Assembly: GCA_049999805.1 (NCBI GenBank)
Contig: JBNGIO010005378.1
Span: forward strand, 1 to 44,079
Source of the DNA: Folioceros fuciformis
Lineage: Eukaryota
DNA length: 44,079 nt
Reading direction: 5' to 3'
Below are positions 12,154 to 22,620 of this stretch, in pieces. The notes below the pieces were generated by a model. That model ran no database searches, was not told where the DNA came from, and worked only from the letters and a program-made list of their open reading frames with translations. Made by a program: the position numbers and the translations under genes. Within the stretch, counting starts at the first letter, position 1, and each line of letters begins with the position of its first letter.

Positions 12154-13851
12154 TCAACGCTGTAACCTGTCACGAGCTTGGGAGCGTTTGTGTCGTACCC
12201 ACCGCAGAGCATTCTCCAAACCCGTCTCCAATATGGACCACAACAAGTCGTCCACCGATTTCATCCTACAAAGAGGGCCACACACTTGAGGTTCCACTTG
12301 AGCATCCATGGGGTCCGTGGAGGCCTGGGCGAACCCGGCAACACCCCTCCTATTGTCGTGTTGAGCGGTGGATCCGCNNNNNNNNNNGAACCCGGCAACA
12401 CCCCTCCTATTGTCGTGTTGAGCGGTGGATCCGCCGCGCACAAAATTCCCCTTATCAAACAGAAGGGTACGAGGGTTATAGTTGTTGAACCTCGCAGTTG
12501 TCCTCTTCCTGGACATCGTGGGTACCACAGGCTCGGCATCTCCCTCCTCCTGCCCTTTCTCAAGGAGTTCTTCTTCCAAGTCCTGTAAGTTCGAGATCCT
12601 CCTCTTGCGCCTCCTGGGCGAGGGCGTCTGAGGATCGGCATTTCGAGGCTCTGCCTGCTCCTCCTCAGAGATGATCTCGTCGCCCGAGTCGTCACTGGAC
12701 TCACTCTCGTGGTACTTGGGTTTAGGGTTGGTGTTCCGCGTGCTCAGTCTCCTGCGCTCAGGGTCTCCCTGATCCCCTTCTATCTCCTTGCCCTTCTGAG
12801 GCGGGTTCCCATCGCTTCCCCTGCCGGCATGGTCCTGGCAAGCCTCCTCCACCCCAACTACGACCGCAGCAGCAGGACCAGCTCCAGGACTAGGATCAGC
12901 CCCGGGACCAGCTTCAGGACTAGGATCAGCACCAGGACCAGTTCCAGAACCGGGACAAGCAGTAGGACCATCAGCGGGTCCACTCCCTTGACGAGTCACC
13001 CTAAATCTGTGCAACGCTGGCAAGGCAGCATCGATGTAGCTTTTGAGCACCGCCCGGAACGAGTCGCTTCCAACTCCACGCTTGTTCCGCAAGTTGGCCT
13101 TGATGCTCTCCACCCTCAACTCCGCCCAGTTATATTTCACCTTATGCTTGTGCTCCCTCATCAAGCAGAACGCGTCTCTTGTGCTGACGCCGCGTTGCCT
13201 ACAATCCAGAAATAGTTCCTGCTGCCTTTTGACTATGTGTTCAACAAGCGAAGGAGGCTTCATGCAGCTGAGCAGAAAGCCGCCATGCAAAACCCGGCAC
13301 TGGGATGAAAGCGAATCGACGTACTGATTGATTTCATCCCGGTCAGCACCGAGAAGCCGTGGTGGGACTGCGAGCCCCTGAAAATCCATCCCCAGGACAG
13401 TTCCCAGCATTGCCGGCTCTAGTGAAAGCAAAAGTTTCTCATTCACCTCCACATAGCTTCTGGTGCTCCACCCTCTGCCCTTCCCGGGTGCAGAGTCTCT
13501 GACCATCCTACCCCCTTCGTGAAACCCGGTGATGGTGTGCCTGCGGCTGAGTTTGATGTTGCATGCCTTGTGTCCTGCTTCTTGATGCTCTGTCGAAGAA
13601 GTGAAACAACCCAGGTCGCGGAGGAAGTTTCTGTCATCCTTCCAGCTCACGCTCTGTTCGGCCTCCTTTCCTGTGGTGCTCATCACTGCCCCTGCTGCGG
13701 TTTCCTGCTCCATTGTTCGGAAGCAGGAACTCTGGCAACAATTGTGAAAACAACGGTGTCGTTTGGCAAAGCAGGCAATATAAAAGCCACAATCATATTG
13801 CCAAAGCTGTTGCTCCCTTAAACTTGAGTGGACTCCGGTACTGCGCGACAT
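12154..13851 (-). CDS. Unknown-family paralogue 4 (intact; start may be the ATG at 13713; spans a 10-N gap)
   Basis: 565-aa frame with WKDDRNFLRDLGCFT, HTITGFHEG, LLSLEPAMLGTVLGMDFQGLAVP, KYNWAELRVESI and VLKSYIDAALP. It also has GPGADPSP repeats, acidic and basic (PRRRKRR) patches and a C-terminal LENALRWV motif. Confidence 0.8.
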   Translation of the reverse strand: MSRSTGVHSSLREQQLWQYDCGFYIACFAKRHRCFHNCCQSSCFRTMEQETAAGAVMSTTGKEAEQSVSWKDDRNFLRDLGCFTSSTEHQEAGHKACNIKLSRRHTITGFHEGGRMVRDSAPGKGRGWSTRSYVEVNEKLLLSLEPAMLGTVLGMDFQGLAVPPRLLGADRDEINQYVDSLSSQCRVLHGGFLLSCMKPPSLVEHIVKRQQELFLDCRQRGVSTRDAFCLMREHKHKVKYNWAELRVESIKANLRNKRGVGSDSFRAVLKSYIDAALPALHRFRVTRQGSGPADGPTACPGSGTGPGADPSPEAGPGADPSPGAGPAAAVVVGVEEACQDHAGRGSDGNPPQKGKEIEGDQGDPERRRLSTRNTNPKPKYHESESSDDSGDEIISEEEQAEPRNADPQTPSPRRRKRRISNLQDLEEELLEKGQEEGDAEPVVPTMSRKRTTARFNNYNPRTLLFDKGNFVRGGSTAQHDNRRGVAGFXXXXGSTAQHDNRRGVAGFAQASTDPMDAQVEPQVCGPLCRMKSVDDLLWSILETGLENALRWVRHKRSQARDRLQR

Positions 13852-14095
13852 TGGGTTGTCCTTTTTGGGTTGGTTTTGATGATTCCCTTGGTGGGAAAGT
13901 CACTCCCTTGCGATTTGCGACCATTGGGGTTGCTCCACGGGGTTCGTTTTTGTTAAGCCCTTTTGGGCATGTCACGCTCATGCAATTTGGTTGCTTTGCT
14001 TAAGCCCCTTGCTGGATTACCATGTCACCCGATTGCCACAGTCGGGATGCTTTTCTTAAGCCTCTAGCTGGATTAGTATGTCACTCGACTTGACT
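13851..14095. repeat. Degenerate ~60-bp tandem repeat (4 units) upstream of paralogue 4; related units at about 16785-16925 upstream of paralogue 5
   Basis: Recurring GGTTG...TAAGCCCYTTG..GG...GTCAC.C motif, e.g. GGTTGCTTTGCTTAAGCCCCTTGCTGGATTA (~13989) versus GGTTGCTTTCATTAAGCCCCTTGCTGGATTA (~16792). Confidence 0.65.
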
Positions 14096-14210
14096 GGTGG
14101 GTTTGAACCACAACCAACCCAAAAAAGGTTGCTTTGTTGGGTTGGTTCTGGGTTGAAATTTGGACTCATGTACGTGTGTATTACATGACAGACGTACTGG
14201 AGCATGAAGA

Positions 14211-14428
14211 GACGTGAATGCGTCGAGTGTGAGTGGCTTGGTTCTTGGATTCCTTGCCAACGCTCACATGCCATAAAATGTATGTACTGAGCAAGGGAGC
14301 CATGGCTCCCGGCTGGTGCACCACGCTCCGTTGAACAGGCTGCATTCAACACTGTGTCTGGAGTACCGGACACATTCGGAGCGTGAGAAAGGACCAGGGA
14401 CTCGAATGGCATTTATGGAATTGCAGAT
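14211..14428 (+). repeat. About 220-bp dispersed direct repeat, copy A (copy B at 17137-17358)
   Basis: The two segments are colinear from GACGTGAATGCGTCG to AATTGCAGAT, including the shared TTCGGAGCGTGAGAAAGGACCAGG. Confidence 0.9.
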
Positions 14429-14991
14429 CACGTTTGTGGGCGAGTGTTCGGTGCCAGGGTTAGCGCAGAGGGACGGAGAAAGAAAAAGTGTTCCTCTCTT
14501 TGCACAACGGACAGAGGCTGATGTTGATTGCCCATCCCTTTGATATCCGTCTTCGTAACGTATGAATCATGTCATTACCCATGCTTTGGGCAGGACATCT
14601 TTGTTGTGCTCCAACACAAAGCACCACACTCATTAGCCGTTGCAGTAGCAGCTACGAAGAAACTGATCAGACATGCTCCAGCGCTGGCATATGATACGTA
14701 TGGAAGGAAGACACTAAAAGCATGCTATGTTTACGTCCCACGACACAGCGAGAATTAGTTAGTGAATGGGTGGCAGGTGGATGCCGAAGCTACTCTCTCT
14801 GATGTCCTACTTTACCCTGTTTTTCTTGCTACAGTGATTCCAACGAAACCCCAGACATCGGAACAGAACGCCCGTGTTTTCTACACGCACGCTTGCTGCG
14901 AGATCCTGCCATGGCCCAAGGCCCTTCACCCTTGTTAATGTGTGCATACATTGGGTGCTTCCAGAAATGCGAACTGACATGCGTCCCTTCC

Positions 14992-16284
14992 TTAACTGCC
15001 AATGCGCATCCTCTTTCTCTGGACCCATCTCAGACAGCTCTCCAATCCTTTGTCTGCCATGCCCAGTGCTTTCTCAGTGCCCAGTGCCCAGATGCCCGCT
15101 GGTTTGAGCCAAGATACGCCTTCCGTAAACTCACACTTGACCCCATCCAGATTTACTCTGGGCCTCTTTGACGTCTTCAATATGTGGCCTCCTTTCAAAG
15201 GCTTGTAGTGATCCCTTGCTGTGTGCATCCGAATTCTACTGTGAAGGATCGACAGAGCCAGTTGAGCAGCGGTGACGCACTTGCTCAATGCTTTCAGCCA
15301 CGTGTTGTTGAACAAACGCGGGCCTGTCACACACTCCAACATTACTCCATCTGACTTCACTTTAGGCCTTTTCCATAGTTTGCTAGGTGACTGGTCTCGT
15401 GCAATGCGCCTCTTTGATCCCAATGCCTTGTCGTCATCCCTCGCCGTGTGCATTCGAAATCTTCTACTCTGAAGCCGAGACAGAGCCGGTTGAGCAGCAG
15501 TGATGTATTTCAGAAGGAAGGCTTCGATGAGTGGGCCTAATGTTTTGCGCTGTCTCGTCAACATCTTCTCCATGATATCAACTTTGTACTTCATCCAATT
15601 GTAGATCTCTCCATCGAACCACTCTCGCTTGAAAACGTAAGCATGTGCCACAGGAATACCTCCTTTGCGCCTCTTGCTTTCTGAAGCACAAAGCTGCTTC
15701 CTCCTTAACAAGACGTACCCTCTGAAGGCTTCCGTCTTCAGGCTCTCCACGGGTATCCCGGCGCTCACCCACCCGACTTGGTGAGGATTAATGGACTTCG
15801 AACAAGCAACCTGACATAAGAGATCTTTCTTCTGCTCTATGCTTAGAGACTTCGGGATGGGGATCCCTCCATAATCCATCCCAAGAAGCTCCCCTAATGA
15901 TTCGACATCCAGCGGCAAATTGAATCTCCCATCGATTTCGATCAAGCTCTGCAACATCTCTGTGCCCTCCTGGAAGCCCGTAATAGTGAACCCACCAACG
16001 TCATACCTGCAAGGCACCATGCGTGCAGTGGCTATGCTTCTGTCATCCTCGCTGTTAAAGTAACCCAACTTTAACAGAGTCTTCTTACTTATGATCCTCC
16101 CCGCTCTGCAAGTGCGTCCAGACTCCTTCTGCAGAAGCTTGTCGGCCTCCGATTTCCTGTGTGGTCTCGGCCCCATGGATTCCTGCTTTTCCCTTCTCCC
16201 TCCCAAGGCCTCACAAACCATTGAAAACGAACAGTTACCCTTCGATACCACTACTTGCTCACTGCAACCCTGAAAAATAGCCAC
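14992..16284 (-). CDS. Unknown-family paralogue 5 (intact; true start uncertain)
   Basis: 430-aa frame with LLKLGYF, FTITGFQEG, LPLDVESLGELLGMDYGGIPIP, EIYNWMKYKV, LLKYITAAQP and C-terminal GLESCLRWV. An in-frame acceptor TTTTCAG| precedes 16269; a possible ATG|GT lies at 16655-16653. Confidence 0.78.
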   Translation of the reverse strand: MAIFQGCSEQVVVSKGNCSFSMVCEALGGRREKQESMGPRPHRKSEADKLLQKESGRTCRAGRIISKKTLLKLGYFNSEDDRSIATARMVPCRYDVGGFTITGFQEGTEMLQSLIEIDGRFNLPLDVESLGELLGMDYGGIPIPKSLSIEQKKDLLCQVACSKSINPHQVGWVSAGIPVESLKTEAFRGYVLLRRKQLCASESKRRKGGIPVAHAYVFKREWFDGEIYNWMKYKVDIMEKMLTRQRKTLGPLIEAFLLKYITAAQPALSRLQSRRFRMHTARDDDKALGSKRRIARDQSPSKLWKRPKVKSDGVMLECVTGPRLFNNTWLKALSKCVTAAQLALSILHSRIRMHTARDHYKPLKGGHILKTSKRPRVNLDGVKCEFTEGVSWLKPAGIWALGTEKALGMADKGLESCLRWVQRKRMRIGS

Positions 16285-17066
16285 ACCAGGCGTACAAGCT
16301 CCATCACACTGGGCTTAACGATAAAGTCTGACAGGTTCGGAATCCTTCTCTACAACGCTTATGCGGATTGCAGACCCACCAAGAGAACCTGTCCGGATAC
16401 TAGTCCTGCAGAGCAAATTAAACGCCTGTGTGTTGCTAAGCTTGTAATTGAATGCTGTGATGGATGACTTGATGTTACTCAGACTCTTGTCTGTATTCAA
16501 TCGGCATGCGCTGCCAACCGGTTGTGTGGTCATGAACGTGCATTACGCTGGTCGGAGACCGAATCAGTATCACGGTCATTGTTTCAGCACAAGAGGCAGA
16601 GTACAAGCCGTGAGCGAGCTGATAAGGTTCTTTCCTTCAGTACAAGCTTGACCATTTCTCAGTCCTCAGCAAGGGCCCGTGTCTCCCCCTGCGAGCTCTC
16701 ATCCCTTTTAAATGACTTTGGGCAGATCCGCATATGTAATTGCACATTAACAACGCAGGAATGCACTCGCATGCCATTTTTGGGGCAGTTGGGTTGCTTT
16801 CATTAAGCCCCTTGCTGGATTAGGACGTCACTCGCTTGCGATATGCACTTGGGGGCTTGCGTTGTTGGGTTGGTTCTGGTAAGCCCTCTTGGTGTGCTGA
16901 TCACTCGCATTCGATTTGCGACATGTCCCACCTTTGGGCTTGAGCGAGCCTCTTGCTTTCACCATTCATGTTCTAACTCTGATGGCTACGAGGATTTGGA
17001 TCTGGAGGTCGAGTCTTCTTCTCATTACTGTTGATGATGATCTGAAACGGAGCTGTACAAGCGTAT

Positions 17067-17096
17067 GCAGTGACGTCCAGTACTGGACGTCACTGC
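17067..17096. repeat. Perfect 30-bp palindrome
   Basis: GCAGTGACGTCCAGTACTGGACGTCACTGC is its own reverse complement. Confidence 0.95.
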
Positions 17097-17136
17097 GTGG
17101 ATTGTACCCAGATATGTAGCGCGTGACAAGAGGCGT

Positions 17137-17358
17137 GACGTGAATGCGTCGCGTCGAGCGTGAGTGACTTGGTCCTTGGATTCCTGGCCAGCGCTCACAT
17201 GCCTTCAAATGTATGCACTGAGCAAGGGAGTCATGGGTACCAGCTGGTACACCACGCTCCATTGGACAGGCTGCATTCAACACAGTGTCTGGAGTACTGG
17301 ACACTTTCGGAGCGTGAGAAAGGACCAGGTACTCGAATGGTATCGATCAATTGCAGAT
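17137..17358 (+). repeat. About 220-bp dispersed direct repeat, copy B
   Basis: Colinear with 14211-14428. Confidence 0.9.
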
Positions 17359-17639
17359 TGGAACTGCACAGCTGCAGCTTGCCACGACTCCACCTGTCAA
17401 CGTCTGGGGTACAACTAAAGAGACTTGATATGATGGGTGGCTCGATTTTGGATGTCACCGATTGGTATGGGCTTTTCACCTACCAGCAACATGAAGCTTA
17501 CAAAACTGCCTATCAACTCCACTGCTAGCCTCTAAAGATCCACCATCTTTGAGATACTGTAGGGTTTACAAACGAGGGACCCCTGCTCGAGGAAATCGCT
17601 GTACAAATGAATAATCGACCAACGTCAGATTCTCGTGCT

Positions 17640-17924
17640 TCAGCTCAGTAATGCAATCAGGGAATCCTTCAATCTCTTCTTGACGGGTTCTCCAGGATTT
17701 GGCATACAGGCTCTCCGGGTCCCCAACACCACCACTTGAATCAACATCCCGGCCAAACCCCACCTTGGTAGAATGGTGCCTCCTGTCATGAATGATCTCA
17801 TTTGACGTTGATGGGCAACAAAAACTCTTGCACAATGCACATTCATGGCTCCAATTGTGTCTACTCTAGCGGATATCTGGAGAGAAATCTCAAACAGTGG
17901 TAAGGAAGAATTACTCACCCGCAT
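17640..17924 (-). pseudogene. Internally deleted duplicate of paralogue 7 (start micro-exon plus 3' end only)
   Basis: It ends in VKKRLKDSLIALLS* versus VKKRLKDSLMRWLS* in the 19713 gene. It begins CTGCAAAATGCGG|GTGAGTA versus CTGCAAAATGCCG|GTGAGTA. The domain-coding core is absent. Confidence 0.75.
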
Positions 17925-18199
17925 TTTGCAGAGCCTGACCATGTATACAGCTAGACGGAGACGAGACTGCAGATGCAGCTTCAACCCTACGCCTGCTTCA
18001 ATCTGAGAAGCATGCAAAGCATGGTATCGTCAGTTTCTTATCCGAATGCAGAAACAGGCACAGCTCGGACAAGATCGATCTACAAACAAGTCAGCTATGA
18101 GCTCTGAGCGTGTAGGACTTCACAGTCTTCACACTGTCGCAGTGAAACGGACTTGATTATTCCCTTGATTAGACCATGCCATGGGAGCTGCAGAACGCA

Positions 18200-18600
18200 C
18201 GATTTTCCCAGGCTGGACAGGAGGCGTTGCAAACGTACAGTACTTAAGCCCTGAAACTGTTCTGCCAATGGCCGTCACTAGCATTGATTTGGTTCCGGAA
18301 GAGCAGGCAGGCCCGGCAGGCTTAAGAATTAGGAGACGGTAGCTTGGTTGTTTTTGGCTCTCCCAACCACTTTGTTAATCATCCAGGCTGTTGCTGATTC
18401 CTCCACCAGGCATGTAGATCTCCCCTTGGACCACGGGTCTGGAAGAGTGGATTAAAAGCGCACCAAGACATTGCATCAAACAGGAGTTCTCCATTGAGCT
18501 CTATTTTGAAGTCCGTGTCATCATCCTCGAATCCTGTTGTAGTGCACTTGACCCTCACAAGGTTACAGCAATCTGATCACTTACTCTGCCCAAGAAATCT
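18200..18600 (-). pseudogene. Degenerate unknown-family fragment
   Basis: Minus strand about 18550-18482 reads KCTTTGFEDDDTDFKIELNGELL, matching GYTITGYRDEEHEDLKVEVNGEFLL of paralogue 7. The 18185-18420 segment resembles 21228-21460. Confidence 0.6.
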
Positions 18601-19712
18601 CTTTTCTTCAACTCTATGTAACTTCTCTAGGTAATTACAGCCATGGACAGTTGCTCATACCGAGTTTCTGCAGAACTCGGTATGAACAAGTCGTCTCAAG
18701 TTTTCTTGAATCAGCAAATCCCCTGAACGTGTGAAGGGCTTCAACCTCTGACCAACCTATGAGAGGCCTCCCAGCCATTTCGTGGTGCATCAGGTGAAAG
18801 GTTCCCGATCGCGAGGAGAAACCTGCAATATGCTGGAAGGAACACACAGGCTAGCAAAGCTTGAAGTTTCTCTTCGATCTTCAAATTTCAATGCTCCTAA
18901 AGTGAACAACGAAAGACCGACGTTCATAAGGGAGAGTGTGTTCTCAGTAGATGATACGTCCGGCCTGGGAACGAAGGTAGTACTCACAAAATGGGACACA
19001 CTGCTGTAATTGAGAGAACTACGACACACAGAAGCTCCCTCAAGTGCTGCGAAGGCAAGCGATGGGGCATCAAAAGTACAGCGTGGAACATGGAGACGTT
19101 TCCAAAGGCTCAGCGTGTTCTCATTCTGAGCGTGCAAGGTCGATCAATGAGGTGAGAGTTTCTGGCGCCTCAGTCCGTGCATTGCTCATGACCTGTGAGA
19201 TTCACTCTGTGGGCGGCCAGAGTTGGGCGGAGAAGGGGGCAATGGACAGGACACGGGCCAACTGTGTGTGCCGTGCACTCAAAACTGCACATCTGGAGCT
19301 TGCCATAACTCAGGACTCGTAGTATCCACTTCTGGGGGACAACTAAGGAAGTGGCAACAGAGCGACAAAATGTGATGGGCCCTTTTCTGTGATAGTTCTA
19401 AGGTTCAAGGATATCATGCTAGTTGGCTTATGGTAACACCTACAACTATAGAGAGACTGAGGTCTATATTCTAAGCCTCTTGTGGGGCTCTATGCTTAGC
19501 ATTGTAGTCTTGTTACTGAGCCTCTTTTGGGCTACTTTTGTTGTTGCCTCTTTGCTCTTGCGCTTCTGCTATAAAGCCTTTTCTTATGTTTCCGTCATCC
19601 TGGTATAATCCTAGCATTCTGGTTTGCCTCAATGGCCTCGTCCTCTACAAGCAAACTGCAGCTTGCTTAACTAGCTCCCTATCACTTCAAGTATCGATTA
19701 ACATCTCGAGCT

Positions 19713-20953
19713 TCAGCTCAGCCATCGCATCAGAGAATCCTTGAGTCTCTTCTTGACGGCTCTCCATGCTTTGACACACATGCCCGGACCCGAGTTCCCA
19801 ACACTACCAAACAAATCAACGTCCTGGCCAAGTCTCCCACTACCAGAGTCTTGTCTGCTGCCATTAAAGACAGAGGAAAGCAAGGGGGCCTCATGATAAG
19901 ACTGGGCTTCAACAAACTCGTGGACCAGTTTTCGCCTCTTGGACCTCCTCCACCGGAACTGAGATTGGACGTCTCTTTGCTCCTCCGTTTGCCTCTCCCC
20001 TTGGTTGTTTTCGGGTCTTCTCCTTCTTTCATGACACCGTCCTTCGTAAACCTTAACCAATCTCCTAGCAGGTTTGGGCTCCACGGGCACTGGCAGAGCA
20101 GCATCGAAGAACCTTGTTAGCAAAGACCTGGCAACGACGTTCAGCTGTTGGTTTTTCCGTAGAGTGGCTCGAATGGATCCCAGAGCGCTTTCTGCCCACC
20201 CATACTTTTCACCGTGGAGAAGCTCCCTCCTCATGCAATAGGCGTACCTTTTGGCAACACCTCTATTTGCGTCGTCACCGTGAGATATATCAACAAAGAC
20301 CTCCCCGGCTCGTTTGGTAACGTATGTTCGAAGGTTAGGTGTGAAGGTCTTCAGAGTCACAGCTCCACGTCCCATGAAGGATACAGATTCTGAACATCCC
20401 TCCCTAGAAAGGGAAACAGATTTCAACAGTTCTTGCTTCTGGGACATGTTGAGAAAACGTGGCACTGGCTGCCCACCAAAGTCTAAGCCGATGACTCTCC
20501 CCACGACCTTTGGTCGGAGAGAAAGCAGGAACTCACCATTCACCTCTACTTTCAGATCCTCATGCTCCTCATCCCGATACCCGGTTATGGTGTACCCGTC
20601 GCTCACATGGGTGCTGCATTTTGAGAGGTCTGCTGGTTCGGTGAAGCCGCCCGAGAAAGCTGCGTTCTTCCAGCCTCGGTTACGCTCCTGACTTCCACCA
20701 AAGCAGAGTTCATCGGGTGGCATCTTCGGTGCATCTTGTTCCGGCAGTAAGGTCTCCAAAATTTCGGTGCTACCGCTGTACTCTTGCTTCACAGGACGAC
20801 AAGCATGACCATAAGTTGCGTGAACTGTGAAGTCCGGAGTTGATACACAACAAGAACTCCACGGTGAATATTCACAGCTACAGAATGATTCTGTTCCAGT
20901 GGGTAACTGTGCAGCAAATGCTGCTTTGGAAAGGAACAACTACTCACCGGCAT
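19713..20953 (-). CDS. Unknown-family paralogue 7 (intact). Likely model: ATGCCG 20953-20948, intron 20947-20787, exon 20786-19713
   Basis: 408-aa frame with YTITGYRD, LLSLRPKVVGRVIGLDFGGQPVP, EKYGWAE, LLTRFFDAALP and a basic RRSKRRK patch. The GTGAGT donor is strong; the AAG acceptor is inferred from phase. Confidence 0.78.
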
Positions 20954-21229
20954 TTTGCAGAGACAGGCTCACGACGTATTCATGCAGACTGAGATTGCAG
21001 TGTGCTGCAGCTTCAATTTCGAGCCTGCTTGAAGTTGGGAAGTCCACAAAGCCTGTGAAAATTCAGCCCGTTCTTCGAATACAGAACTGGGCACAGCTCC
21101 AACCAAGATTGCGCGATCGAACACGAGATGAGCAAGAAACAAGTCCGCTAAGTTCTGTCACGCTGTCGCAGTGAGAAAGACTTGACACTTGAATTGTACA
21201 CACAGGTTCCAACGCAAGACTTTCGTGAG

Positions 21230-22050
21230 CTGCAGGATCGGCACAGGATAGCAGGCGTTGCAAATGTACAGGATCACGGATCTGCTACGCTGGCTGACTC
21301 GTCTGCCGACGGCCCAGTACTAGTAGTGATTTTTCTTCTCGCGGGAGAGCAGCTGTAAGGAATTAGAAGACGCAAGCCTGGTCGTGTTTGACTGCACAAA
21401 CCACTTTGACCGTAATCTCGGCTGTTGCTGATTCCTCCTGCCGGAATGTACATCTTCCATTTCACGGCTTGGGACGAGAAAATACTATACCAGATTCAAA
21501 GGGCACTCGGACAGTGCCACAAATTCTTTCAAAAGCCTGCTGAAGCCAAAAGTTTGAGAGAGGTTTGGTGCCACAACCAGCTTCGACCCGCTCTGAATCA
21601 AAACTGAATGAAGGCGGGGCCAAAGCTGCCAAAAACGTAGGAAGTAACAAACTCTTGCCTTCCAGAACAAGCTACGGATTCCTCGTGTGCCTGCACCAGG
21701 CATCTCCTCCCCACAAGAGACACTATCAGGAACGAGTTTCCTGGAAACGTGATACCCGATCGGAAACCCTGACGTCTTTGAGCGAAGGCGAAAAGATGCC
21801 CAGTTTAGCCTTATCTCTGTACATGGGATCTGCTTGTGATGTCCTCACCTACTGGATGCTTGAACTGCACCACGTCCTCTGCAGCTACTCCTCTGCCATC
21901 CTGGTTCAGACACCGCGATCTGAGGAGACACCTTCCACAACCTGCGTGGTCTGTGATTTTCTACATCCGTGGCACTGACTCAGCATGCAAATACATCAGA
22001 CATCGATTGATACGAGGGCTACGACGTAACCACACGTGCAACAGTAGAAG
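21230..22050 (-). pseudogene. Heavily decayed unknown-family copy (tentative)
   Basis: Scattered minus-strand pieces (SQTTQVVEGV, IFSPSLKD, TRGI, FDSERVEA, SRLLKEFVAL) occur in the order of the family motifs. The DNA also resembles the 18.2-18.4 kb fragment. Confidence 0.4.
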
Positions 22051-22620
22051 ACCTCAGTCGCACAAACCTGCAAGCCTTTCACGGGACGAAGGGGCAGCAG
22101 CTTGGAATGCGAAAGCCTTGAGCAGACTCGAATTGACGACCGAAAAGTGAAGGCATACCATGTAGTGCCTCCAGTCGGTAAAAGAGTCCTCAACTTCCTA
22201 TGACAAACTCATGCAGATATACACCTGTCATCAGAACACGGTGCGGAATCCGTCCCAAGCATAGAATGATGACAGACAAACGCTCAAACACTCAGATCGT
22301 AAACAAAGCGAGCACAGGCCTCTGAGAGATCCTCACCACAAAACCGACACGTCGCACCATGTTTATCCTCTCCGCAGGAGAAAATCCTGTCACCTTTCCT
22401 GAGATCTTTCTGGACCCTTGGATAGTCAAAGAGATAGGACCCACAGAATCGCATCTCCTCACCCACATCAAGTTGGATGAGTAAGAAAAGATGACCATCT
22501 GTTCCAGCAGATGGGGGTCGAGGTAGCTCATGCAATTAGCAGAGAAGGTACCATTGGTATCTGTGACTTTGCAGGCATCAGTTCGACCTCTTCTTGGTTA
22601 CAGACAATTCCTCTGCTTCC

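Noticed and set aside
12331-12434. Exact 47-bp direct repeat flanking 10 Ns in paralogue 4
   Set aside because: Identical sequence on both sides of a scaffold gap is the signature of an unmerged contig overlap. Collapsing it (57 nt) keeps the frame, so it is probably an artefact.
22284-22620. Possible DYW domain continuation after the PPR stop
   Set aside because: No HxE(x)nCxxC or DYW-like terminus in the frames I translated or in the ORF track.
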